Sequence record: NC_019538.1
Length of the DNA: 64,000 nucleotides
Direction: 5' to 3' (one strand)
Under the pieces are notes generated by a model. That model saw only the letters and a program-made list of their open reading frames with translations. It had not been told where the DNA came from and did no database searches. The position numbers and the translations under genes are program-made. Below, one piece after another: positions 22,262 through 33,687 of this stretch (positions are counted from its first letter, which is position 1; each line of letters starts with the position of its first letter).

Positions 22262-23350
22262 TCATTTATAAAGATGTTCTAAGATTACCTTAGCCATTTG
22301 GTCTTTGTCAAGCTTAATCAACTTGTTGTAAAGTCGTTTACCAACTTCTATTTCAGGAGTGTATCCTTTCTCCCTGATTGTGTCAATCAGTTCTGGGAGA
22401 ATTTTAATAATATCAATCCAGTTTTGAAGGATTTCTGTCGTACCATCAGCAAACTCGTCGGGTGTGATGATAGGATGCTCCATATCCTGCCTGTATGGCT
22501 TTGTGAGACGTTCTAACTCAGGTGGGATAGAACCATCCTCAAACTTGAATACAATTAGCTGCCGGGGCTTGTACGACGTTTTGTGAGCTTGTTGTTTTAT
22601 ACGTTGCTCTAGAAAGTTTGTGATACCAATCTTGAAAAACTCGTTGGTGTCTTTATCGTAGTTTATCCAGTTTGTTATGTAAAGGTGTCCGGGTTTAGCT
22701 GGTTGGTATCCGCGATCTGAACAAGAAGGACAACGACGACCACCATAAACGAAATTATCGTAAGAAACTATTTGTTTACCATGAACAGGACAATTGTATT
22801 CAAACTTAGATTCCGCGCTTCTATACTCATCAGGAAAACCTAGATATTCATATCCTTCAGTTTCACAAAGTTCTTTTGTAATTGTTTCAGCTTCTGGATT
22901 TCTACGCATATTGCTTAAATGTCCAAACTTACAAGAAGGACAACGGCTACCAGTATTAACGAAACTGTTGTATGAAACTAGTTGTTTACCATGAACAGGA
23001 CAGATGTATTCAAACTTAGAGTTCTTGTTTTTATATCCATCTGGAAACCAGATAAACCCATATCCCATTTCTTCACACAACCGACCAACAATAACTTCTA
23101 TCTGAAACGGTTTCAATTGTGGTTTCTTAGAACACCCACAAGGAACTTGACCTTTCACCAAGTCACTTTTTTGACTCTCAAACAAATCAGGAAATAATTC
23201 CTTATCTTCACTACAGATAGAACAAGTCAACTTATAAACTTTATTGTTCCCAGATCTTCTATCGGAAACACCAACAACAGTCAACATCCCACCTTTCGGA
23301 GTAGGAAAAGTTTGTCCAATGAAATCATCTACTGGGCACTGACCACACAT
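22262..23350 (-). mobile_element. Putative free-standing homing endonuclease: tandem Zn-binding repeats plus GIY-YIG-like domain
   Basis: Two ~70-aa repeats (FEY.CPVHGKQ.VSY..FV..G.RCPSC; 210-bp DNA period, e.g. ATGAACAGGA at 22781 and 22991); C-terminal LYI...FFKIGIT...RIKQ. Confidence 0.7.
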
Positions 23351-23372
23351 AATCTATTCCTCAGAAACAACA

Positions 23373-23402
23373 AAAGCCTATATCATCTAAGATACAGGCT
23401 TT
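23373..23402 (-). terminator. Intrinsic terminator
   Basis: 12-bp stem with one G-U pair on the minus strand, followed by a U-rich tract. Confidence 0.7.
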
Positions 23403-23413
23403 GGATTATGAAG

Positions 23414-24171
23414 TCAACTAGATTTTATGTTGTCATAGAAGAAATCAATGGTCTCGCTTTTTTTGATACCAAGTTCACATAGAGCATCAAATGAAAATTT
23501 TATTTTATCGTCGTTCTGTATATGTGGTTTGACTTTTTCGATATCATCTACCATAAACCCAAGATAAAAATAATCCCCGTCACTCATCATCGTATATTCT
23601 TCATAGCATTTATACTTATGAAACGAAGAATCGGATTCTAAAAATTTGTAATATGAGTTTATGTTATCAAATCGAACCACAACAAGAAAGCTATCATCCA
23701 AACGAGGTCGGTTTGGATCCAGTTTCATTCCATCTGGGTAATATTTATCACTCCATTTCAGATACTCTTTTTCCAAATCAATACCTTTCAATGGGTCTTT
23801 AATATCCATTCTTATTTCTCACAATCAAAAATCATGGTCACATCACCAACCACAACTTTAAAATAGTATCCATCTGATTTAGTAACGAGGGAAACAATGA
23901 CATCTTCGTCACCTACACCATCGACCAATCGAATTTCTGATGTGATTGATTTAATGACATCGGGAGTTATGAAATCGAAAATGTGGTCTTCCAAAATATC
24001 ACGAATTTCATAATCTATACCAACCAACTTTTTAATTTCATAATTTCCATTATGTTCATATTCTTTAATATTGATGTTTAGCTTTTTACCAATACCAAGC
24101 TTTCCACTTACTTCACAAGGAACATCCACTACGAAATCCCCTTCTACAACTACATGTTCATTCATTTTCAT
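23414..24171 (-). CDS. Hypothetical genes 23414-23809 and 23812-24171
   Basis: ORFs with RBS. Confidence 0.7.
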
Positions 24172-24210
24172 TTCCCTTAAGGTTATTGGGTATTGCCATT
24201 AAAAATACCT

Positions 24211-24942
24211 TTATTTCAAATTGTTAAAGTATCGAAGATGTTTGGGATTATCCACATCCACAGGACGAACTCGTTTACTCTTCTTCTGATCTACGTCGGT
24301 TACGTAAGTAAAGCCATCAACGACCATAATATTTTTCAGACGGTCGTCATGAGTACTACTTTCGAAATTAATGACGTTTGGAGATACATAGATGAACTTA
24401 TCCAGTTCACAGAAGATTGGATATCCCCCAGCATCTACAATCGCATCTACTGTATTATCAAACATACGTTCGACAATATTGTTAAACTCTTCTTTGTCGA
24501 TGATATCAGTTCTGTTATTGATAGCAGCATAGATAGAATTAACCATCATTCTTGAAATAATTTCATGGGATTTGCTAACACCACGAAACATTTCACGTAC
24601 TTGGTTTAGAGTATCGATCAGAACCTTTAGTTCTGTATTACACACGATAACCTCACCATAATGATTTTGAAGAATCTGGTTGAACATGTGACGGTAACTA
24701 GATTCCCAGATCTTGTTTTCTTTTCCTCCTACAATCAATCGACCTTTGCAACAAGTTGAGCGGATCGGAGTGTTTAGATGGTGAGATGGAACGTTGTGGG
24801 TCTTCACATCCTCAATATACAAAGGGGAATCAGAATTTCCGTAAAAGTGTTTCATCACCAAACTATATTCGTCTTTTCCAATATTGTTTACGAAACCACT
24901 ATCAACCAGTTCATTTACAAATTTAACAATTTTATCAAACAT
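24211..24942 (-). CDS. Degenerate family-B DNA polymerase palm/fingers-like protein, probably inactive
   Basis: Collinear remnants: WESSYRHM (motif A), RMMVNSIYA (motif B, KxxxNSxYG), IFCELDKF (motif C, YGDTDS). Confidence 0.5.
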   Translation of the reverse strand: MFDKIVKFVNELVDSGFVNNIGKDEYSLVMKHFYGNSDSPLYIEDVKTHNVPSHHLNTPIRSTCCKGRLIVGGKENKIWESSYRHMFNQILQNHYGEVIVCNTELKVLIDTLNQVREMFRGVSKSHEIISRMMVNSIYAAINNRTDIIDKEEFNNIVERMFDNTVDAIVDAGGYPIFCELDKFIYVSPNVINFESSTHDDRLKNIMVVDGFTYVTDVDQKKSKRVRPVDVDNPKHLRYFNNLK

Positions 24943-25007
24943 CTTTCATTTCCTCACTTAGTTTAGGTAAAGCCCAGTTGGAACACCCTATGGGCTATTT
25001 TCTTTTA

Positions 25008-25313
25008 TCAATCCAGAATATCGAAATCTACAATAATATCAAAGTAACCCATTTCTGATTTGTGAATACTACATGGAGACTGGTCGTCGTTGATAAGACC
25101 AACAACTTCCACCCAATCCCGTCGAATATATGGTGTTGGATTATCCGTGAAATCCATACCAATACTAAAATCCACATCGAATGGTTGAAGACCAAGACTA
25201 GCAATACGCTGTTTATATTTTTCGATGATGTCTTTAGAATCACCAGTCAAAATCGGGTTTACGGAATTAACATATTGATTGATACTTTCTTGACTTTTAA
25301 ATTTCATCTTCAT
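25008..25313 (-). CDS. MKIRFK-family paralog (divergent)
   Basis: MKFKSQESINQY...LGLQPFDV...SIHKSEMGYFDII. Confidence 0.7.
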   Translation of the reverse strand: MKMKFKSQESINQYVNSVNPILTGDSKDIIEKYKQRIASLGLQPFDVDFSIGMDFTDNPTPYIRRDWVEVVGLINDDQSPCSIHKSEMGYFDIIVDFDILD

Positions 25314-25333
25314 CTTTATTTTTCCTTCTGATG

Positions 25334-26164
25334 TTACTTTACAATATATTTTACATTACATTCTTCAAACACACAACGATAATCACTAGGGTTCATCTCA
25401 ATCCATTCTGGGAGTGATGTATCCATATCTGGAATATCCCATACATGAAGAACGTTGTCAATATATTTGAAGCTATCACTGTGTAGTTCGTTATCCCATT
25501 CCCAGACCATAACGAATGCACCATTTTGGGGCATAGTATCAACTATTTTCATTTGGTAATTCCCACACAACACACACTTTACCCATCTCTATGAAATCAT
25601 AAGAATCGGTATAAAACCCATTTATACCAGAATCATGATAAATCCCAAGATGGAAACAATCACGAGAATCCTTGAATAAATACTCTCGACCTTCCTTTAA
25701 TTCATAATGGTTAGCTACTTTAAACGACATGGGGTTCATCCTTCTCAGAAACTAAGGATGGAACAAACCCATCTTCTGCCATTTTTTGGAAGACGCCCGG
25801 ATTTGCCATAGCTTCTTTTAGCTTTTCTTCGAAATAGATATCATCCATCTTCATCAATTCATCGAATGCCTTTTCCATAGCTTTCTCTTTTGACATCATA
25901 TTAGTTGTCCTTGTTTTCACTTGGTAAAGTTGACGGATCCACAACAACCCCAAACTTGAGATACTTACGGGCGGCAAGATCCTTTGAATCTCCAACCGCT
26001 GGTTTTCCATCATCCAGCTCACTCATCATACGCTCGTATAACTCTCGTGTAAACGCTTTATGGAAGCGCCAAGCATAAAGAACTCCATCAGGTTGTTCAA
26101 TCCATTGGTAAGGGCCTACGGTCATCCCATCTTCTATATGGGCTTCTTTGACAATCAGTTTCAT
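25334..26164 (-). CDS. Hypothetical genes 25334-25573, 25539-25739, ~25720-25898 and 25901-26164
   Basis: ORF track and RBS. Confidence 0.65.
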
Positions 26165-26714
26165 TTCATTACCCTAACGATAGTATCACACCAAGGGATA
26201 TCGGTTTCTACGGTAGCAATAGTTTCAGTATCGAATCCCGGCTTATCATCCAACCAGTAACCAAGAGAACTATGTGGGCGATTAATAAACGCAAATACAG
26301 TCCCGCCATCATTCATCGCAACCCACCCGTCTTTGAACTTGTATGGGACGATAAGACAAATCCCATGAAAGTCAACAGGAATATAGTTGTAGTTGACATA
26401 TTTAATTTTCATTTTCTCTATTCCATATATTTTTTAACGCGATTATCACTAATACATACCAGTGTTTTACTTGGATGGATATCCGTATCTACTTTTGCGA
26501 CACAAATATCGTCTCTATGTTGATATGTATCAGACCAATACTCACCATTGAAAAGTGGTGGATGTATATATGCCACAACGGTTCCATCATAATTCATTGC
26601 CAGAAAACCATAAAGGTATTTCATGGGTAAAGTCAACTTAACCCCGTGGAAATCTACCCCGAAAGTAGGACATACGTTGTTATGAGAAACTAGTTTCATA
26701 ATCACACCTCCCAT
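26161..26714 (-). CDS. Tandem paralog pair 26161-26412 and 26418-26714
   Basis: Shared VDFHG..L..P.K...G..AMN..GTV.A.I..P and A.V.TDI. Confidence 0.75.
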
Positions 26715-29700
26715 AGATCATATCACCAACAAATCGAACAAAAACTATTAGAATACCAAGACACCAGAAAATAACCAAGACACCAAGATTTTCCAAAAAC
26801 TTTTTGGTCTCCAAAGTTTCTACGTTGATCAAGAACTGATGACCCTTCATATCAACTTTTTTACGAACCTCTTGTCGTGGATATTCCTTGGTAATGTACT
26901 TACCATACTCAGCAATAAGCTTATCAGACTCGTAATTACTGAATCCACTGATATCAAAGTCGCATACAAGCATACCCTTTTGTGTGTGTTCTGGTTCGTA
27001 ATAACACTCTTCTAAGGTAGCTGGGATATCGACATACTTTATTTCTGGACTTTCAACAATATACCCGAAAACTAAGAACGTGTAAATCCAGAACAAGATG
27101 GTGAATTTTTTCATTCGTTTCGTGCCTTATACATCTCGTGGTAGTTTGCAATTATCTTTTCAACAACCAATGGTGTTTTCTCTAACATCAAATCTATAAA
27201 GTTGCACATTTCCTCATCAGCTTGGATGAAAGGATCTGGTCCATCGATAGAGACCATACTATGGTACAAAGATACTTTCTCGATATGGAGAATACCAATC
27301 TTCCGCAACAGATTTTTTGTTACCTCAGAACGGATATATTTTTCGGTATAAAACCCACCAGCAAAGCTGTTATCTTGAAAATATTGGCATGTATTGACAC
27401 GACGTTTAAAAATCCATCCAACTACCATAGTTTCGTTCAGTCGGAGATTGACGCGGATATTAACCGCGTCGTTTACCATTGACATGATTTTGGTATAGTT
27501 TTCGATAGCCCTTTCTAACTGGGATTGGTTTATAGTTTTTAGACTCATGATATCCCTTAGATGGTTACATCATATTTATTTTTTGCTTCGGTTCGGATCT
27601 TGTATGCTTCTTGTTGAAAACTGTGATACGTAGTCCGATTGCGGCGAGACAGATCACTAACTTCTCTCAACCGGATATCTAGATTTTTTTGTTCTTCGTC
27701 AAGTTCACGAAGCTTACAACTGATTTCAAACAGTTTATCTTTTGCTTCTTGAATAGCCGGTTCATTTTTGGTGAATGATGCATTACCGGATGGCTTACCA
27801 ACCTTCACAACAAAGGTAATTAAATCACCAACGTTGATAGTTGATACCTTGAATACTTGACCAAGCAGATCGGCAACTTCTTTAGCAATATGTTTGTTCT
27901 TGGTTGTAACCCGAACACCATATTTTTCTCGGATCAGGGTGCAGTTGGCAAAACGAGAATATACATATTGGTTTCGTTCTGCTTTGTTCGCGAGAGGGTA
28001 GTACAACGGACCCAGAATAGACTGGACAGATTTACCACCAACCAGAATATTTTTATTGATAACACCACTCAGGAAGTCAAACAGTTCCATTGTGTTGGTA
28101 ACGTGGGTCTTGATGAGGCTAATACGTTTGGAGATAGCAACAGATTTATCGGTTTTGGTAGTTTTCTTAAACATGGGATTATCCTTGATTAAATACGGTT
28201 TTAACTGTCTTCATTTTACCACATTCTTTACAACATACAATAACAACTTGTTCTTTTTGTGTCATTGCTAGAAGGGCTTCTACGTTTTTAGGTCGTTCTA
28301 ATTGTCCGGTCAATCTAGCAATTTGTTCTGCTGGACTTTCTGACGTATATTCAAAGATCACTTTCATATCGTGTTTACAAAATAGGGATTTGAACATTAA
28401 TTAATTTCCTTACCAGTAATAGCATCAACAAAATAGAAGTGATTGATATTATCATCTTCGATGATATGTTTCATAATGTTAGAAAACAAATCAGATTCCA
28501 TATCAAATACATCGGAAGAATAACCACCTTTGTAACTGGGTGCTCCCCACGAAAAAGACTCTTTAACAGGACGAACAATCATCCCAGTTGTAGTTACACA
28601 ATAGATATAAACATGGTTATGTGATTCTGCTTCTTCTATCAACTTATCGATGTTATCAAAAACAAACTCCGCATCAACGACTACACCACGGGGAACAAAA
28701 TGGCACAGTTGGCGATCCGACTTTAAGACAAAAATCCGATGGTCATCCGGGGAAAATGCGGTACAAGTATAAAACAAAGGTGTTCCATCGACCTCAATCA
28801 AACGATGGTTTTGACCGAACATACCAACAGTGGAGAAACCAAAATTGGTGATTCTAATATTCATAATAAATTCCTCATTGGTGATTGATTTCGTTGTATG
28901 GATACTATCTCATACCACTATTTTGATGTCAACTTGTTTATTACATACTTGCCTGAATTTTTTCGATCTTTAATTCGAGATCGATAATCTCAGACCTCAA
29001 CTCTTCACATTGAATACGTTTCATCAGAGTCACTGGTGATGGTAGCGTAGGCCAGTCTTCTACGTCGTCAACGTGTTCTGAAAACTTAGAGTTACAAGCA
29101 GAATATTTGTCATGGTCGATAAAGATTCCTATGTGATATTGGTGGAGTGCTGTTTCCAATTCATAGTTAGCAATACGAGCCGGGTCGTAACAGTCCAGTA
29201 GTTCTAGCGCCTGTTCACGGGTAATCTTTTGGAGTGGTACTTTTACTTTGTGATATACGTCGTCATAACCACACACGTCCCAAATAACATAATTCTTACC
29301 AAATGTGTAGGTTTCAACACAAGCTACTTCACCACCACACATTTCATTTAGATCTTTATAACGCATATCAATACCTCGGATTAATTGTTAGATGGAAATA
29401 GTCGCCACTACACATGTTACCATACGCTTTGACTCCATCGATGTAAACCGATAAACGACCCCCATCATAACTAATCTCAACACGTTGGAGGTTTTTTACT
29501 TTTACCTCTTCTGTGGAAACATCACCAGATTGATAATCTTCAAAAATGATATCACTCATTTCTTTACCCCTTTAATACGGTTGTATTCTGCTACGATGAT
29601 AGGTGTTTGTGCTTTGGCAATATCCTTGGCTTCCATATCATCAACGATTTCGTTTACCATATTGAAGATAGTACTATTGATTTCTTCCTTGGTCAACCCC

Positions 29701-31184
29701 CAATCGAAATAGTCTTTCAGAATAGGGTCTTTCTTCATCATACCATTCAGACGTTCCATCGCATATTTGACATGTGCTTGGAGTTCTGCGGTTTTTTCAA
29801 CGAACACGATTGACTTAATATTTTTGTGAAATTGTTCCAAAACAAGAACTTCATTCATAACCGTTCGAAGATCACGAAGCACACCAACCTCTAGTGCATA
29901 AAGTTCTTCACATATGGTTGCAATACGAGCCTCGGCCTTTTTCTGTTGGCTGGTTGGATTTACCAACCCTGCGAAAATTTCCGATGGTGGATACATAGCA
30001 GTTTTCTTACAGAACACATCAAAAACAGAACTACGGAAATGTGGGTAATTCTTCATTCTTATTCTCCAAACTTAATATTGCGAGGGAAAGAAAAACCTGT
30101 TACTTCCTCATAACGATTACGGAAATCCTCTGCCCAATCTTCGGTCTTCTTACCACTGATATGTGCGTAGAATGATTCCTCGTCACCAAAAGAAATTTCG
30201 ATGGTTTCCATACACCGACGTTCGTGAGCAACCAACATATATGGCACAACTTCGCTACTGGGAGTTCCTACTGGATAATCAAGAATATCTTTCATATTTG
30301 TCTCCTTTATTTTGACGGGGCTAGTGTCTCATAACCCCGTCCCGTTGTCAACCGTAAACATCAAAGAATTTTTCTAGTTCCCAATCATATACACAAATTG
30401 GTAAAGGAATAAAATCGTCTTCGTGGGGTACAAAGAACATGTATCCCTGTGGTGTACGTTGGGAAATATCCTCAGTAACGTACACAATGTTATTCATGAA
30501 AAAATGTTTAAATAGTTCTTCGTTCATTTCTTTGATATCTGGCGTTTCTGCACTATCAATAAAACCAGCATAATCCCTCAAAATAACACGTTTCATTTTA
30601 TACCCTTACATATTCAATGATAACTTTTTCTACCGGTTTTACTTCGAATACTTCAACCATATCAGGTTCATTTTCGAATGGACGTTCATCCTGCATTTCT
30701 GTGAGACCTACGCTATAATTAACAGCCCAACAACGGTCGTCACCAATCATACGAAATACCATAGTATGGTATTCAGACCAGCGACCAGATCCAGTCACTT
30801 CATTATCCAGAACTTCCCATCCTTCCGGACAATCGTCCCAACACATCTCTCGCAAAATACTTTTTTCTACTTTCATTTCATAGCACCTTCAATAGTTTCG
30901 GAAAGACAGGCACCGCCGTTGTACCACAAAGAAACAAAGCTAACAGTACCATCTTCGTTCTGTTCGATATCTGTGTAACCACATGAGTCAAGTTCTTTAT
31001 ACTCCAAAACCCGATACACTTTTTTATGCAAAATCATAAACTCTGTTTCTGTTACAAGTTCATAAAATGCATCATGTGGATCACAACTCTCATTTCGCCA
31101 ATCTGGATAATTCGCTTCCATAAAAGGCTCTACTTCCAAACCAGTTGTAATAACCTTACCTTTCACAAATTCCATACTACTCAT
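26680..31184 (-). CDS. Block of hypothetical genes: 26680-27114 (membrane), 27111-27548, 27557-28174, 28179-28397, 28397-28864, 28941-29366, 29368-29559, 29556-30056, 30059-30295, 30348-30596, 30598-30876, 30873-31184
   Basis: Abutting ORFs with RBS; promoter TTGACA-N17-GATAGT near 28900-28930; hairpin near 30315-30342. Confidence 0.72.
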
Positions 31185-31653
31185 CGTTATACCTCATAAA
31201 ATATGCATACATGGAATGGTTAGTATCATTAGTAACCTCTTCCTTAAACCAGTATGGAATTTTATCAAAAGCCAATGCTTCTTCCACACTATTAAACTCG
31301 ATTTCCGCATACACACACGGAAAATCTTCCATCAGATCAACTTCGATAGTTACATCTTCACATGGAATTTTATATCTGGTCTTTCTAACAGGCTTACTAT
31401 TTTGGTTGTTGACGATTTTCCAAAATTCGTCATGTTCCATATCAGTTTCTATTTCTTCGCGATCCAACCCGAAACCAGTTTTGATAGTTTTGATATACCA
31501 ATGACTACCATAATAATCCTCACAATGGCGATAACGAATACCGTCAACATACCACTGTTCTTGGTGTTCAAGTTCTTCCTCGAACATGTCAATCGCATAC
31601 CATGGGATCATAGGTCTATCAACCACCCATTTCCTTTCAATCTCACGAGCCAT
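31177..31653 (-). CDS. CYTH (triphosphate tunnel metalloenzyme) domain protein
   Basis: N-terminal EIERKW (ExExK signature), REEIE, RKTRY, EVD and YAEIEF motifs. Confidence 0.85.
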   Translation of the reverse strand: MAREIERKWVVDRPMIPWYAIDMFEEELEHQEQWYVDGIRYRHCEDYYGSHWYIKTIKTGFGLDREEIETDMEHDEFWKIVNNQNSKPVRKTRYKIPCEDVTIEVDLMEDFPCVYAEIEFNSVEEALAFDKIPYWFKEEVTNDTNHSMYAYFMRYNDE

Positions 31654-32035
31654 TTATTACACCTTTGATCTGGTTTTGAATCTTTTTACCCCATGGTGTC
31701 TCTGCACCAGATATATCAATTACTGTGTGATTCCAAAATTTACGATTTGATTTCACATCTTGGAACTTCCCATCATGAGAAACCCTGTAGTCAAATAACC
31801 AACCACTACGTACAAATGAAGGAACTCTAATATCCTTAAAAGCACTCTGGATCTTGTCATCATTCTTAGCAAACGTAATAACAGCCTTGTTTATAGTTTC
31901 TTTTAAGTCACAACCTTTTGTAAATGTGACTGGGATCTCTGGGGTATCAATTAACACCAGACAATTCATAGAATCGTAATAAGAGATCTCTACAACAAGA
32001 TCTAGTGTATCAGTTTTCTTGAACCAATTTAACAT
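31643..32035 (-). CDS. Hypothetical protein
   Basis: ORF with AAGGAG RBS. Confidence 0.7.
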   Translation of the reverse strand: MLNWFKKTDTLDLVVEISYYDSMNCLVLIDTPEIPVTFTKGCDLKETINKAVITFAKNDDKIQSAFKDIRVPSFVRSGWLFDYRVSHDGKFQDVKSNRKFWNHTVIDISGAETPWGKKIQNQIKGVINGS

Positions 32036-32049
32036 TTTTACTCCTTAAA

Positions 32050-32245
32050 ATACGAACGTAGTGAGTACGCCTTCGGCGGTTCGCTTCGCTCTCTAATTAT
32101 AGATCTTCTATATAAATACTTATAGAGATTTTATATTTTGATTTCAAGTGATACTACATCATAGGAAGCTCTACAATCAATTCTATTCACAACCCATACA
32201 AAATTATAGGAATACTTTTAAAATCGATTGTAGAGCTTCCTAGGG
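32050..32245. other. Structured intergenic element (GAA-triloop hairpins, TATAAATA, 17-bp inverted repeat)
   Basis: Minus-strand GCGAAGC (32083-32089) and CGCC-GAA-GGCG (32068-32078); plus-strand TATAAATA 32111-32118; perfect IR 32162-32178/32226-32242. Confidence 0.6.
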
Positions 32246-32251
32246 GCTTAA

Positions 32252-33291
32252 TTAAACGAAATCTAGGTAATTATCTACTTCATCTTTGAACATGACTGAG
32301 AAATCGGAATCTTCGTCGAATGGTTGAAATCCATTGACTGATTTGATTTCATTTTTATCAGTCAATTCTACCTCAAATACCTCGTCTGGTGCAATATCAG
32401 CAAAAATATCATGTACTTCCTTGCTTGCCCACGAGGTTTCTGATGTCACAATTTCATCGCTAATTGTGGACATAAATTCATCATAACATTGGTCACTTTT
32501 AAAACGTGCTTTCATTTTTTATTCCTCGATAACAAAAATTTTATAATTGGATGGGAACATAAGTTCAATCAATGGGAATTTAATTTCTGGCATACGGGCA
32601 ATCGCAACCATGTCACCTTCCGCAATGAAATCCTCAGAGCGAATGACTCCTTGTTCTACCCAAATCGCAGTAAACATTCCGCTGTCTGGGTAGAACAAGG
32701 ATTCTACTAGTTTGGGTTCTTTCAATTTCACCTCTTGGCGTGGTGGATCAACCTCAACAATCACCCCTTCCATGATATCATTCATACTAAACATCAACCA
32801 ACCAGTAATCCCGATACCATTAACTGTATCAACGGTCTGTTCCCATCGTTCACTCATAACACATTCCATCGGTGTTTTGGTATCGTAAATTTCGTCAACG
32901 ATTGACTTGTATTGGTCTAGATCAAATCCAAGTTGCTTATAAAAATCCTTTTTCCAGTTTTCTTTAGATTTGTCATCTTTCCACACAAAATATCGTACTT
33001 TCATTTGAAAAGTTTCTCCACTTCGTCTTTCGATAATTCTACCAAAAATTTTTCGATGTCGTCGGTTGTGAAGATCGATATACCGTAATCGTAATCGATA
33101 CCATCGATTTTCATTACATGGTTTCGACCTTGGTAGATATCACACCCACACACAAGAACATCGAGATTCATCACATCGTTGGAGATTTCAACTAGCTTTT
33201 GATAACCACTGGCGGAAATAGACCATTTGTCTTTCGACGATTCATCCTTCCAACGATACACACGCAATACATGATTACTCATATCAATCAA
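32252..33291 (-). CDS. MKIRFK-like genes 32252-32515 (clear), 32519-33004 and 33001-33291 (distant)
   Basis: MKARFKSDQCYDEF; YFVWKDDKSKENW; YRWKDESSKDKW. Confidence 0.7.
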
Positions 33292-33293
33292 CC

Positions 33294-33548
33294 TTATTCA
33301 AACCGGATGGTGGAATTTTTAAAGAGCAAACCAGAGCAAACAGCACCGTTTACAACCTGACCGGATGCCTTGTTGACTGCGGTAAACTTGGTTGCGAAGG
33401 TATCTTTTTCACTGCAACTAAACCAAGCATAACCGCCAACATGGACGTTGGTATATCCGTTTTGAGTCAATACACGGCGGGCACCGTCCGCATCAGTACA
33501 GGCAGACAGGGACAGTACAGCAAGAATTGCGATAATCATCTTTTTCAT
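33294..33548 (-). CDS. Small phage lipoprotein
   Basis: Lipobox LSAC; conserved-looking CTD...ARRVL...GY...C...D.F.T.F.A...G.VCSG pattern. Confidence 0.75.
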   Translation of the reverse strand: MKKMIIAILAVLSLSACTDADGARRVLTQNGYTNVHVGGYAWFSCSEKDTFATKFTAVNKASGQVVNGAVCSGLLFKNSTIRFE

Positions 33549-33687
33549 TTCGATCTCTCCATTTGTTCAATTAAAATACTAAGTCCAGACACAGAATCTT
33601 CAAGAAGGTCTACGTTTTCACTCTGGAATACATCTGAGTTTACTATAGCCAAGATACCAAGTAAAGTACCTATTACCAAATATTTCA

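Noticed and set aside
22740-23020. Internal DNA repeat as a diversity-generating retroelement template/variable pair
   Set aside because: Both copies are in-frame protein repeats, differences are not adenine-specific, and no reverse transcriptase is present
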